From contig CAWFKQ010000016.1 in assembly GCA_963816395.1 (NCBI GenBank), positions 128,001 to 192,000 of the forward strand: a DNA stretch of 64,000 bases, read 5' to 3'. This document shows, piece by piece, positions 10,776 through 21,096 of this stretch (position 1 is its first letter; each line of letters begins with the position of its first letter). The translations under genes and the position numbers were made by a program. The stretch is from an uncultured delta proteobacterium (GTDB lineage Bacteria; Desulfobacterota; Desulfuromonadia; Desulfuromonadales; JACZKF01). Under the pieces are notes generated by a model, which was not told the DNA's origin, searched no databases, and saw only the letters and a list, made by a program, of their open reading frames with translations.

Positions 10776-11925
10776 TTGCCCCTGTACCGGGAAATCGTCA
10801 CCGACTGCCCCGCCCTTCTGCCCCGCCAGGCCCTGGTCCGGATGATCCGACTGGTGCGGCTCCTGTACCGGTTGAGCCGCCTGCCCGCCTATCGCCAGGC
10901 GGTCCTCTCCGGAAGCCCCCCGGCGGCGCAGTTCAATCCCGGCCACGACGCGGTCATGATGGGCTACGACTTCCACCTGGATGCCGCCGGCCGGCCGCGG
11001 CTGATCGAGGTCAATACCAATGCCGGGGGCGGGCTGCTCGCCTACCTGGCCCATCACCCCACTGCCGCCGTCGGGCGAGAGCGCCTGCCGGAGCGGCTGC
11101 GGCGCGACTTCCTGCAGGCCTTCGCGGAGGAGATGCAGGGTTTCAGCCGGGGCGCTTTGCCCCGGCCCGGTTCCATCCTCATCCTCGACGAGGAGCCGGA
11201 GCGGCAGTTTCTCTATCAGGAAATGGTCGTCTTCGAGGAGCTTTTCCGGGAGTGGGGGGCCGAGTCCGCGGATCGCCGACCCGGCTCAATTGCAGGCGGG
11301 GGAGGAAGGGGTGTTCGCGGCGGGGCGGCGGGTCGATTTGATCTACAACCGCCACTGCGACTTCTATCTCGAATCCCCGGCCATGGCCGGGATTCGCGCC
11401 GCCTATCTGGCAGGCAACCTCTGCCTCACCCCCAACCCCTTCGTCTACGGCCTGCTGGGCGACAAGCGCCGGCTGGTTCTCTGGAGCGACCCGCAGGCGC
11501 TGGCCGCCCTGGGCCTGGAGGCGGAGGATATCCGGGTGCTGACCGAGACGGTGCCGGAGAGCCATCTGCTCGGCGATCTCGACCGGGAAGCGGTCTGGAA
11601 GCAGCGGCAGCAATGGGTGTTCAAGCCGGTATCCCGCTTCGGCAGCCGGGGGGTGCTGCTCGGCCGCAAGATCTCCCGCACCCGTTTCGACGCCCTGCCC
11701 GCCGCCGAGACGCTGGTGCAGCGGGAAGTCCCCCCCTCGGAGACCGCCTGCCCCGACGGCCCGCCGCTGAAGACCGATTTCCGCCTCTACGTCTATCGCG
11801 CCGAGGTTCTCGGGGTGGCCGCCCGTCTCTACCAGGGGCAGGTCACCAACCTGCGCACCCGCGGCGGCGGTTTCGCCCCGGTGCGGATCGTCGGCAAAGA
11901 GGGAGATAGGGAGGTAGGGAGATAG
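10776..11925 (+). CDS. ATP-grasp / glutathione-synthetase-like ligase (frameshift near 11270)
   Basis: MGYDFHL..PRLIEVNTNAGG, then in the second frame DLIYNRHCDF, GDKRRL, FKP..FGSRGV, DFRLY, RLYQGQVTNLRT.GGGFA. Confidence 0.72.
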
Positions 11926-11968
11926 AAAAATCTCCCTTAAATTTCTAATAAGCAGGCCTGGAAAAAGA

Positions 11969-12006
11969 CAAGGCGGACCGTGCCACGGTCCGCCTTGAGT
12001 TTTTTT
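11969..12006. terminator. Bidirectional terminator between convergent genes
   Basis: CAAGGCGGACCGTG-C-CACGGTCCGCCTTG flanked by an A run and a T run. Confidence 0.75.
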
Positions 12007-12699
12007 CCAGGGAAGCTCTTCCCCCAGATAGGTCAGGAAACGTCCCGAATCCTCCGGGGTGAGGGAGTCAAGCACCCGCCTGAGTTTCCCGGCGCTCTCC
12101 GCCGGGCTCAGGGCGGCGCTGGCGCCGCCCAGGTCGGTACGCACCCAGCCGGGGTGCAGGACGACGGCGATGATGCCGCGCGGGCGCAGGTCGACGGCCA
12201 GGCTCTTCATCGTCATGTGCAGGGCGGCCTTGGTCGAGCGGTAGATATAACGCCCGCCGGAGCGGTTGTCGCCGATGCTCCCCAGCTGCGTTCCCATGGC
12301 GGCGATCAGCTTGCGGCCGCCGGCCGCCACCTGGTCGGCGAAGGCCTGGGCCATCAGCAGCGGACCGACCGCATTGACCCGGAAAGCCTCCAGCCAGGGA
12401 TCCATTTCGACCTCGCCGAAGGCCTGCCGGCCGCCCGAGATGCCGGCATTGTTGAACAGGATGTCGATCGGCTGACCGCTCAGCTGCGCCTGCAGCTCGC
12501 GGATCTGCTCCGGCCGGGCGACGTCCAGCCGGTGCAGCGTCAGCCGCCCGGCCATCTCCCCGGCGATCGACATCAGTTCCGCCGCTTCCTCCGGCTTCCG
12601 GCAGCAGGCCAGCACCCGCCAGCCTCCGGCGGCATACTGGCGCGCCAGCTCCAGGCCGATACCCCGGTTGGCGCCGGTGATCAGGATCGTCTCCGCCAT
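12004..12699 (-). CDS. CsgA-like SDR oxidoreductase (stop codon apparently lost to an indel after ...ELPW)
   Basis: ITGANRGIG, NNAG, YRSTK, HPGWVRTDLGG; this family normally ends in LPW, and a terminator follows directly. Confidence 0.85.
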
Positions 12700-12728
12700 G
12701 CGCTCCTCCTCCGGTTGTTCCGGAGCCC

Positions 12729-14048
12729 TCAGGGTGCGTGGGCGCCGGGAATATCCTTCCACTTGCTGGTGACGTTATCGGTGATCCAGTGCTGGTCCCA
12801 CCACTCCAGCGGCCACACCTGCAGCCCGGCAACCAGAACGCCGAAATGCAGGTGGTCGCCGCCGGCCATGCCGGTGGCGCCGGTATGGCCGATCGTCTCC
12901 CCTTTCTTGACCGTCTGGCCGGGTTTCACCTGAATCTGGCTCAGGTGCCCGTACAGGCTCTGGACGCCGAGGCCGTGGTCGATCACCACGCAGTTGCCGT
13001 AAATTCCCAGATAGTCCGCGAAGACCACCTGGCCGCTGTTGGCCGCCGGTACCGGCGACTGCGCCAGGGAGGCCAGGTCGATGCCGAGGTGGGTCTCGTG
13101 ATCCACCACCTGGCCATCATAGAGGTAGGTGCGGGCCTGGGCGAAATTCCCCCGCGTCGCCGCATTGGGCAGGCGCAGGAAAGCTCCCTGCCAGAGGGGG
13201 TGGGAAGCGGTCTGCTTGCCGATGTCGAGCAGTGACGCCACGTTCTGCCGGCGCAGCTGCTGGTTGACCTTGAGAAACAGCTGCAGCTGGTCGGTGGTAT
13301 CCGGGAAGGTGCCCTGAAACTCGGGCATTTTCGCCTCGAGGAACTGCCGGCTCACCGTGATCCGGTCCTTGGGGAAAGCGTGCGGGATGGCATGGTAATA
13401 GAAGCCCACCGTGCGCTCGTTGCCGGCCTTGTCGACGGCGATGACCCGGGGGGTGAAGTCGGCCGTCTTCATATCATAGGGAAAGGCGAAGAAACAAGCG
13501 AAGTAGTCGCCTTCCTGGCGATAACCGGGGAAGAACCGGTCGCCGATCTGGACGCCGGTTTTTTCCGGCTCCTCCGACACCGTGTAGATGACCAGCCCGG
13601 CCCCTCCCTGGTTGACGTTATGGGCTCTGCTCACCACCGCCACCGCCGGCGGTTTGCTGTCGTATTCGAAAGGGAACGATTTCTCGATGCGGTTGCCCCG
13701 GCCGAAAGAATAAATGGACCGATCGGTAGCCGTAATCCGCAATTCGGCTGGCCCGTCCTTGAGGCCGGCGCCCGCCAGGGAAAACTTCTCCTCCTGTGAA
13801 ACGATACCACTCGCATAATCCTTGTTCAGCAGTTCCTGTGATTTTTCTCCCTGCACGACGGTAACCTGCAGGGCCTTCAGGCCGGAACCGGGATCCTGCA
13901 GATCCAGGACAAGATCGCGCTTGGCCGAAACCGGCCCGGCGTCGGGATGCAGTCTGAGTTGGGGGGCGGTGGTGTCGCGCAGATAGTAGAAACCCCCTGC
14001 TCCCAGCAGGCAAACCAGAACAAGTACAAAAAATACCGACAGCTTCAC
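12729..14048 (-). CDS. M23 family metallopeptidase with N-terminal membrane anchor
   Basis: HLGID, YGHLS, HLHF zinc-binding motifs. Confidence 0.9.
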   Translation of the reverse strand: MKLSVFFVLVLVCLLGAGGFYYLRDTTAPQLRLHPDAGPVSAKRDLVLDLQDPGSGLKALQVTVVQGEKSQELLNKDYASGIVSQEEKFSLAGAGLKDGPAELRITATDRSIYSFGRGNRIEKSFPFEYDSKPPAVAVVSRAHNVNQGGAGLVIYTVSEEPEKTGVQIGDRFFPGYRQEGDYFACFFAFPYDMKTADFTPRVIAVDKAGNERTVGFYYHAIPHAFPKDRITVSRQFLEAKMPEFQGTFPDTTDQLQLFLKVNQQLRRQNVASLLDIGKQTASHPLWQGAFLRLPNAATRGNFAQARTYLYDGQVVDHETHLGIDLASLAQSPVPAANSGQVVFADYLGIYGNCVVIDHGLGVQSLYGHLSQIQVKPGQTVKKGETIGHTGATGMAGGDHLHFGVLVAGLQVWPLEWWDQHWITDNVTSKWKDIPGAHAP

Positions 14049-14334
14049 AATCTCTCCTCTCGTCGATCAGGTGGCAATGAACAGCATCCGGAGCCGTTCT
14101 CCGGAAGGGGAATAATTTGCCGCGGGCGGCTTGCGGTTTTCACCGGCCTATGTTAAATATTTCCTAACTTTAATTTTTAGGAACAAATTAAATATATCTA
14201 AATATAATGATAACTTCGAAAAAACCGAAGTATACACCCGCCTGCCCCTGGTCGACAAGACCCGTCCGGCAAAGAATAACAGAGAAGCCAGTCAGCAGAG
14301 CGGAGGTAATTATCCGCCCATTGCGAGGTAACCG

Positions 14335-15102
14335 GTGAAAGTAGCGATCCTGGCGGGAGGTGTCGGCTCCCGGCTGTCCGAAGAGACCCAAGCGAAGCCA
14401 AAACCGATGGTGGAGATCGGCGGCAAGCCGATCCTCTGGCACATTATGAAGCATTATTCGCGCTTCGGCTTCCGGGAGTTCGTCATCGCTCTCGGCTATA
14501 AGGGGGAGGCGATCAAGAGATTCATGGTCGACTACTGTGCCCTGAACAGCAATCTGACGGTCAATCTCGGCAACGGCCGGATTCAAATGCACGAGGGGGA
14601 GCGGGTCGAGTGGCAGGTCGATCTCATCGACACCGGCCTGCATACTGCCACCGGGGGCCGCATCAAGCGCCTGGCTCCCTATCTGGGAGAGGAGACCTTC
14701 ATGCTGACCTGGGGGGACGGAGTATCGGACATCGACCTGCACGCCCTTCTGGCCTTTCACCGGGCGCACGGCCGCCAGGCAACCATGACAGCGGTGCGCC
14801 CGCCGGCGCGGTTCGGCCACCTGCAACTGGACGGGGCGCGGGTGGCGGAATTTTCCGAAAAACCGCAGACCGCCGAGGGATGGATCAACGGCGCCTTTTT
14901 CGTTCTCGAGCCGCAGGTCTTCGATTACATCGAAGGCGACCATACCCCCTGGGAAAAAGAGCCCCTGGAGAATCTGGCCCGCAGCGGCCAACTCATGGCC
15001 TATCAGCACGATTCTTTCTGGCAGTGCATGGACACCCTGCGGGACAAAATGCTCCTGGAAAAGATGTGGCAGGACGGGCGCGCGCCTTGGAAAACCTGGT
15101 AG
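14335..15102 (+). CDS. rfbF: Glucose-1-phosphate cytidylyltransferase
   Basis: LAGGVGSRLSEET..KPKPMVEIGG, TGGRIKR, FWQCMDTLRD. Confidence 0.93.
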   Translation: MKVAILAGGVGSRLSEETQAKPKPMVEIGGKPILWHIMKHYSRFGFREFVIALGYKGEAIKRFMVDYCALNSNLTVNLGNGRIQMHEGERVEWQVDLIDTGLHTATGGRIKRLAPYLGEETFMLTWGDGVSDIDLHALLAFHRAHGRQATMTAVRPPARFGHLQLDGARVAEFSEKPQTAEGWINGAFFVLEPQVFDYIEGDHTPWEKEPLENLARSGQLMAYQHDSFWQCMDTLRDKMLLEKMWQDGRAPWKTW

Positions 15103-15153
15103 CCAAGCCGGCGGGCCGATGGCGCACACCTCTAATCGACAAGGGATGAAACG

Positions 15154-16326
15154 ATGGCAGACCCAGGCTTCCCAACCCGCAATGAACAGCTGTTTCGCGC
15201 GCCGCTGCCGGAGATCCGCAGGCGCAACAGCGAACTCAACCACCGGGAATATCTGGGACAGGAGACGGCGCTGCTGTCCTTTCCCCGGCGCCTGGTCTTC
15301 GAGCTGACCAACCGGTGCAATTTCCGCTGCATCATGTGCGGCCGCGAGGCAGTCGATTTCCCCGCCTGCGACCTGCCGTTTTCACTTCTGCAGCAGTTTG
15401 CCCCCTGTTTCGAGACGGCCGAGGAAGTCACCCTGCACGGCTGGGGCGAAGGAACGCTGCACCCGCAATTTGCCGACATACTGGCCTACCTGGACACCTT
15501 TGCCGGCCTGCGCAAGTATTTCGTCACCAACGGCAGCACCCTGGAGCAGCTTGCCGAGCCGATTTTCCGCCACCACGTCGACCTGGTGGCTCTTTCCCTG
15601 GACGGCGCCAGCGCTGCCACCAACGACGCCATCCGGCGCAACGGCAGCTTTGCAGGGCAGGTCGGTGCCCTGCGCAGTCTGCTGCAGAAAAAACGCGAGC
15701 GGGGTCTTGACCATCCTTACATCAACCTGGTCTTTACCGCCATGCGGCGGAACCTGCATGAGCTGCCGGAACTGATCGAACTGGCGTACCAGCTCGGACT
15801 GCCGGAAGTCAAGGTCGTCTACCTGACCATTTTTTCCCCGGAGCTGCTCGATGAGACGCTCCTCGACCGCCAGGAAGAGATCGGCGAGGTATTCGCCGAG
15901 GCATCGCGCCGGGCCGAGCACCGGGCGATCAAGCTGAAGCTGCCGGAAATCCAGGGGCGGGGAGAGGCCGGCATTCGCCGGCACCGCCCCTGTCCGCTGG
16001 CCTGGCGGGATCTCTTCGTCGGCAGCGACGGCTGTCTGCGCCCCTGCCAGTCCTCCTCCCTGCAATTGGGGCGGGTCGGCACCTGGAGCGACTTTCGCGA
16101 GCTGTGGAATTCCCCGGCCCTGCAGGATTTCCGCCGCCGGGTCAACGATGAGGAGCGGCTGCCCGCCAGCTGCCGCGATTGCTATCACAGCAGCTGCGCC
16201 AATTACAACCTGCCCGGCAGCTTCATCCAGTTGCGGCAGGCGTTCGCCCCGGCCTGGAGCCCGCCCGGACGCGCGGAGGGCGCCCTGCCGCCGGCGGTCG
16301 ACGCCGCCTATTCGGGAGTCCTATGA
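15154..16326 (+). CDS. Radical SAM protein with SPASM/twitch domain
   Basis: CNFRCIMC (CX3CX2C); C-terminal CPLAW..DG.LRPC..CRDC. Confidence 0.88.
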   Translation: MADPGFPTRNEQLFRAPLPEIRRRNSELNHREYLGQETALLSFPRRLVFELTNRCNFRCIMCGREAVDFPACDLPFSLLQQFAPCFETAEEVTLHGWGEGTLHPQFADILAYLDTFAGLRKYFVTNGSTLEQLAEPIFRHHVDLVALSLDGASAATNDAIRRNGSFAGQVGALRSLLQKKRERGLDHPYINLVFTAMRRNLHELPELIELAYQLGLPEVKVVYLTIFSPELLDETLLDRQEEIGEVFAEASRRAEHRAIKLKLPEIQGRGEAGIRRHRPCPLAWRDLFVGSDGCLRPCQSSSLQLGRVGTWSDFRELWNSPALQDFRRRVNDEERLPASCRDCYHSSCANYNLPGSFIQLRQAFAPAWSPPGRAEGALPPAVDAAYSGVL

Positions 16327-17590
16327 AGCCGCTGCAGGAAACCGTCATGGATATCTCCGCCTTCCCCTGCCGTTCCTGCCGGGAAACCGGCCTGGAGCTG
16401 ATTCTTGATCTTGGCCGCACCCCCCTGGCCGATCGTCTGCTGACGATGGAGCAGGTTGGGGGGGAAGAGCCGGTATTCCCCCTGCAGGTGGCATTCTGTC
16501 CGCATTGCAGTCTGCTGCAGTTGCTGCATACGGTGCCGCCGGAGGTGCTCTTCTGCCAGGATTACCCCTATTTCTCCTCCTTTTCCGATGACCTGCTGGC
16601 CCACTCGCGGGAGAACGTGGCGGCGCTAGATCAGGAAGCGGCGGCTGGATGCCGGCAGCCTGGTCATCGAACTGGCCAGCAATGACGGCTACCTGCTGCG
16701 CAACTACGCCGCCAGCGGCATCCCCTGCCTGGGGATCGACCCGGCGGAGGGGCCGGCCCGGGCCGCCGCCGAAGTAGGGGTGCCCACCCTCACCCGCTTC
16801 TTCACCCGGGAGCTGGCCGAAGAGTTGCGACGGGAGGGCAGCCGGGCGGACGTCATTCACGCCAACAACGTACTGGCGCATGTCGCCGACACCAACGGCT
16901 GCGTCGCCGGCATCGCCCGGCTGCTCAAGGCCGACGGGGTCGCGGTCATCGAAGTCCCTTACGTGCGCGATCTGATCGACCGCTGCGAGTTCGACACCAT
17001 CTACCATGAACATCTCTGCTATTTCTCGGTGTCCGCCCTGGCGCAGCTTTTCCGCCGGCACGGCCTGTTCCTGCAGAAGGTGAGCCATCTGCCGATCCAC
17101 GGCGGTTCTCTGCGGCTGCAGGCCGGCCTGCGGGAAGCCGAGGACGGATCGGTGAGCGCCTTCCTTGCGGAGGAGAGGGCTTGCGGTCTCCACCGATGCC
17201 GCCTATTATCGCGATTTCGCCGGGCGGGTCGTTCGGTTGAAGGAGGAGCTGCTGGCGCTGCTGAAGAAGCTCAAGGGGGAAGGGCGGCGCCTCTGTGCCT
17301 ACGGCGCCGCCGCCAAGGGAAGCACATTGATCAACACCGTGGGGATCGGCCGGGGGCTGATCGACTACGTGGTCGACCGCAACATCCACAAACAGGAGCG
17401 CTTCATGCCCGGGCAGCACCTGCCGATATACGAGCCGGCACGGCTGCTGCGGGATCGCCCGGATTACGTTCTGCTCCTCGCCTGGAATTTCCGCCGGGAG
17501 ATCCTCAGCCAGCAGCAGGCCTACCTGGAGGCCGGCGGGAAATTCATCATTCCGGTTCCGCAGCCGGAGATTGTCTGGACCTTGCCATGA
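16323..17590 (+). CDS. NDP-sugar C-methyltransferase 1 (frameshifts near 16625 and 17190)
   Basis: CRSC/CPHC zinc finger, [36 protein letters not shown] across three frames. Confidence 0.85.
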
Positions 17591-18834
17591 CCATGCCCTG
17601 CCTGGACAGCACCTCGGCAGCAAACGGCTCCTGCGCCGGGGCGGCTCGGGTGGGGCAGGCCGCCCCCCGCTTCTGCCGGGCCTGCGGTGGGCGGCGGAGC
17701 AAGATCTTCTTTGACGCGCCGAACGTCCCTTCGAACAGCTGTCTGCTCATCCCCTCCCGCGAGGAGGCCCTGGCCTGCCGCCGGGGCAGGATCGCCCTTG
17801 TCGGCTGCCCCAGTTGCGGCTTCATCTTCAATGCCGCTTTCGATCCCCGGCTGACCGAGTATTCCCCGCGCTATGAGGAAACCCAGGGGTTTTCCCAAAC
17901 CTTCAATGCCTTTCAGGACGCCCTGGCGGCAGAACTGGTCGAGCGCCATCACCTGCATGGCAAGACCGTGGTCGAGATCGGCTGCGGCAAGGGGGAGTTC
18001 CTGGCCCGTCTGTGCGAGCTCGGCGGCAGCCGCGGCATCGGCTTCGATCCCGCCTTCGTCGGCGGCCGCCAGCGCCCAACCGCCCACCTGCAGGTGATAC
18101 GCGATTTCTATTCGGAGAAGTATGCCCACCTCAGCGGCGACTTCATCTGCTGCAAGATGACCCTGGAGCATATCCCCGAACCGTGCCGTCTGCTGCGCAC
18201 CATCCGCCAGGCCCTGGGCCGTCGGCCGTCGGCCGTCGTCTTCTTTCAGGTGCCGGATGTCACCCGCATCCTGCGCGACTGCGCCCTGGAGGATGTCTAC
18301 CATGAGCATTGCTCCTATTTCAGCGCCGGCTCCCTTGGCCGGCTGTTTCGCCGCTGCGGATTCGAAATTCTCTCCCTGCGCCGCGTCTACGGCGACCAGT
18401 ATCTCACCCTGGAAGCCAGGCCGGCCGCTGGCGGCGAGGCCGCCGCTTTCGACGTCGAAGACGACCGGCAGCAGTTGCAGCAGTGGGCCGCCGCTTTTGC
18501 CGGCGGCCACCGGCAGAAAACCGGAGACTGGCGTCGGCGCCTGGCCGCCTGGCGGGCTGCCGGCCGCCCGGCCGTGCTCTGGGGCTCCGGTTCCAAGGGG
18601 GTGGCTTTCCTCACCGCCGTCGGCCTGACGCCGGCCGAGCTTCCCTACGTGGTGGACATCAATCCGCACCGGCAGGGATATTACATGGCCGGGACCGGGC
18701 AACGGATCGTCTCCCCCGCCTTCCTGCGGGAGCAGCCGCCGGCGGCGGTAATCGTCATGAATCCCGTGTACCGCCAGGAGATCGGCCGGGACCTGCAAGC
18801 CCTGGGACTGGCGCCAGAGCTGTGGACGCCGTGA
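17587..18834 (+). CDS. NDP-sugar C-methyltransferase-family protein 2
   Basis: [40 protein letters not shown]. Confidence 0.85.
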   Translation: MTMPCLDSTSAANGSCAGAARVGQAAPRFCRACGGRRSKIFFDAPNVPSNSCLLIPSREEALACRRGRIALVGCPSCGFIFNAAFDPRLTEYSPRYEETQGFSQTFNAFQDALAAELVERHHLHGKTVVEIGCGKGEFLARLCELGGSRGIGFDPAFVGGRQRPTAHLQVIRDFYSEKYAHLSGDFICCKMTLEHIPEPCRLLRTIRQALGRRPSAVVFFQVPDVTRILRDCALEDVYHEHCSYFSAGSLGRLFRRCGFEILSLRRVYGDQYLTLEARPAAGGEAAAFDVEDDRQQLQQWAAAFAGGHRQKTGDWRRRLAAWRAAGRPAVLWGSGSKGVAFLTAVGLTPAELPYVVDINPHRQGYYMAGTGQRIVSPAFLREQPPAAVIVMNPVYRQEIGRDLQALGLAPELWTP

Positions 18835-20032
18835 CTACCCGGGCGGCCATCTTCCTCCGTCGGGGGAGCGCTCCGGCCAGATCCTCTGCCCGGCCTGCGG
18901 CTCGCCCCGGGCATCGGTTTTTCTCGAGCTCGCCGCGCTCCCGGTCCACTGCAATCGCCTCTGGTCGACCCGGATGGCGGCGCTGGCGGCGCCGCGTGGG
19001 GATCTGCGGCTGGCGACCTGCCAAATCTGCGATCATGTCTTCAACACCGCCTTCCAGGCGCAGCGTATGGAATACGGCGGCGCCTATGAAAACTCTCTTC
19101 AGCATTCGCCTCACTTTCGAAATTACGCCCGGAATCTGGCCGGCTATCTGCTGGAAACCTACGACCTGCGCGGCAAGATGGTACTGGAGATCGGCTGCGG
19201 GCAGGGGGATTTCCTGTCCCTTCTCTGCAGCCTGGGAAAATGCCGGGGGGTCGGTTTCGATCCCGCCTATGATCCGGGTCGCAGCCGTCAGGAAAAACCG
19301 GCGCAGGTCGGATTCGTCCGGGATTTCTATTCTTCGGCGAGGATCGACAGCCCTGTCGATTTTGTCTGTTGCCGGCAGGTCCTGGAGCACCTGGCCGATC
19401 CCGTCGGCTTTCTGCAGGAGGTGCGCGCTTCCCTCGGCGACCAGCCGGTCCCGGTCTTTTTCGAAGTGCCTAATGCCCTCTACACTTTCCGCCGGCATGG
19501 GGTCTGGGACCTCATCTATGAGCATCCCTCCTTTTTCGGAGCGCATTCCCTGAGCCGCCTCTTCACCGGGGCCGGTTTCCGCCTGCGGAAGGTGCGTGAA
19601 GCCTTTGCCGGCCAGTATCTGTGGCTGGAAGCGGTCGCCGCCAACGATGAGCCCGCCTGCCCCCCGCCGGCGATACCTGCCGTGGGGGTTGAGCGCTTCC
19701 GCGAAGAACTGGCCGGCCGCCTGGCTTTCTGGCGGCGCCGCCTGACTGCTCTGCATGCCAAGGGAGAGCGTCTGGTGATCTGGGGAGCCGGCTCCAAGGG
19801 GGTCACCTTTCTCAACCTCCTGGAGGTCGGAGATGAAATTCCCCGGGCGGTCGATATCAACCCGAACAAACAGGGCAACTTTCTGCCGGGAACGGGTCAG
19901 CCGATCGTCGCCCCGGAGGATCTGGTGGACCAACCCCCTGACCGGGTGCTGGTCATGAATTCCGTTTACAGCCAGGAAATCGCCCGGCGGCTACACCGCC
20001 TCGGACTGTCGCCGGCCCTTGAGCCGGTCTAG
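18831..20032 (+). CDS. NDP-sugar C-methyltransferase-family protein 3 (start needs an indel)
   Basis: CPAC/CQIC, EIGCGQG, VLEH, IYEHPSFF, WGAGSKG, VDINP; the frame stays open upstream of the ORF-track start. Confidence 0.82.
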
Positions 20033-20048
20033 CCACGGAAGGGGAACC

Positions 20049-21029
20049 ATGCCGGCCATCACCATCGGCTTGCCGGTCTTCAATGGGGAAAACTATCTCC
20101 GGGAAGCGCTGGATTCTCTCCTGGCCCAGACCTGGACGGATTTCGAGCTGATCTTGTGCGACAATGGCTCTACCGATGCCACAGAGAGGATCTGCCGCGC
20201 TTATGCCGCGCTGGATTCCCGCCTCAAGTACTTCCGCAATCGTCGGAACATCGGCGCGGCCGCAAATTTCAATCTGGCCGTGCGCCTGGCGACCGCCCCC
20301 TATTTCAAATGGATGGCGCATGACGACCGCCTGCACCCTGAATTTCTCGCTGTCTGCCTGCAGGCCCTGGAAAAAAATCCGGCAGCCGTTCTGGCCTGTT
20401 CGGCGGTGGGTAAGATCGATGCCCAGGGTCGGCCCGCCGGCGACTATCGTTTTCCCATGCGGCTGGCGGATGTGCAGCCGCACCGTCGGTTCGCGGATAT
20501 CATCCAGGTTCGGCACCCCTGTACGCTGGTATTTGGCCTGATCCGGCGCCGGATTCTGGAACAGACGCCGCTGATCGCCCCGTTCACCGGTTCCGATCGC
20601 TGTCTGCTCGCGGAGCTCTCTCTTTATGGCCCCTTCGTGGAAGTTCCAGGTGAGCTGTTCCAGCGACGCGACCATCCGGGCAATTCCTGCCATGTATACG
20701 AAGATCCCCGGCAGCGCAATCTCTGGTTCGACCCCCGGCGGCGGGGGGGAATTTATTTGCCGGAGTGGCGGATCGTCCTGGAGTACCGGCGTCGGGTGCG
20801 GCGTTCACCCCTGCCACGTGGGGAGAAATGGCGCTGCTACCGGCAGATCGAAAGGGTCGCCCGGCAACGCCGGCAGCATCTGCTGCTGGATCTGCTGCTG
20901 GCAGGGCGCGACCTGCTGCAGGGAAATCCCCTGGGTCAGCAGATGGTTACGTTCTGCAAACGGCAGATGCATCGGGCTGGAATCGATCCCTATGCCCTGG
21001 GAAAACGGCAGGATTCAAAAAACAGGTAG
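20049..21029 (+). CDS. Glycosyltransferase family 2
   Basis: GLPVFNGE..L.EALDSLLAQT, DNGSTD, WMAHDD. Confidence 0.9.
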   Translation: MPAITIGLPVFNGENYLREALDSLLAQTWTDFELILCDNGSTDATERICRAYAALDSRLKYFRNRRNIGAAANFNLAVRLATAPYFKWMAHDDRLHPEFLAVCLQALEKNPAAVLACSAVGKIDAQGRPAGDYRFPMRLADVQPHRRFADIIQVRHPCTLVFGLIRRRILEQTPLIAPFTGSDRCLLAELSLYGPFVEVPGELFQRRDHPGNSCHVYEDPRQRNLWFDPRRRGGIYLPEWRIVLEYRRRVRRSPLPRGEKWRCYRQIERVARQRRQHLLLDLLLAGRDLLQGNPLGQQMVTFCKRQMHRAGIDPYALGKRQDSKNR

Positions 21030-21096
21030 GCGGAAACAGGACTCACTGGGCGCCGGCGCGGACCTCGACGGCGGTGGGTGTCTGGCGGATCGATGA

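Noticed and set aside
11901..11925. GGGAGRTA octamer x3, and the GATCCGAC hairpin at 5964-5996
   Set aside because: Too short and isolated to assign a function from this window.
11179..12762. 527-aa SDR with a long C-terminal extension
   Set aside because: The family ends at LPW, a terminator follows, and the extension is antisense to the ATP-grasp gene; the stop was probably lost to an indel.
16780..18834. 684-aa double methyltransferase fusion
   Set aside because: Caused by a frameshift near 17190; gene 1 ends at 17590 and overlaps the gene 2 start (ATGA).
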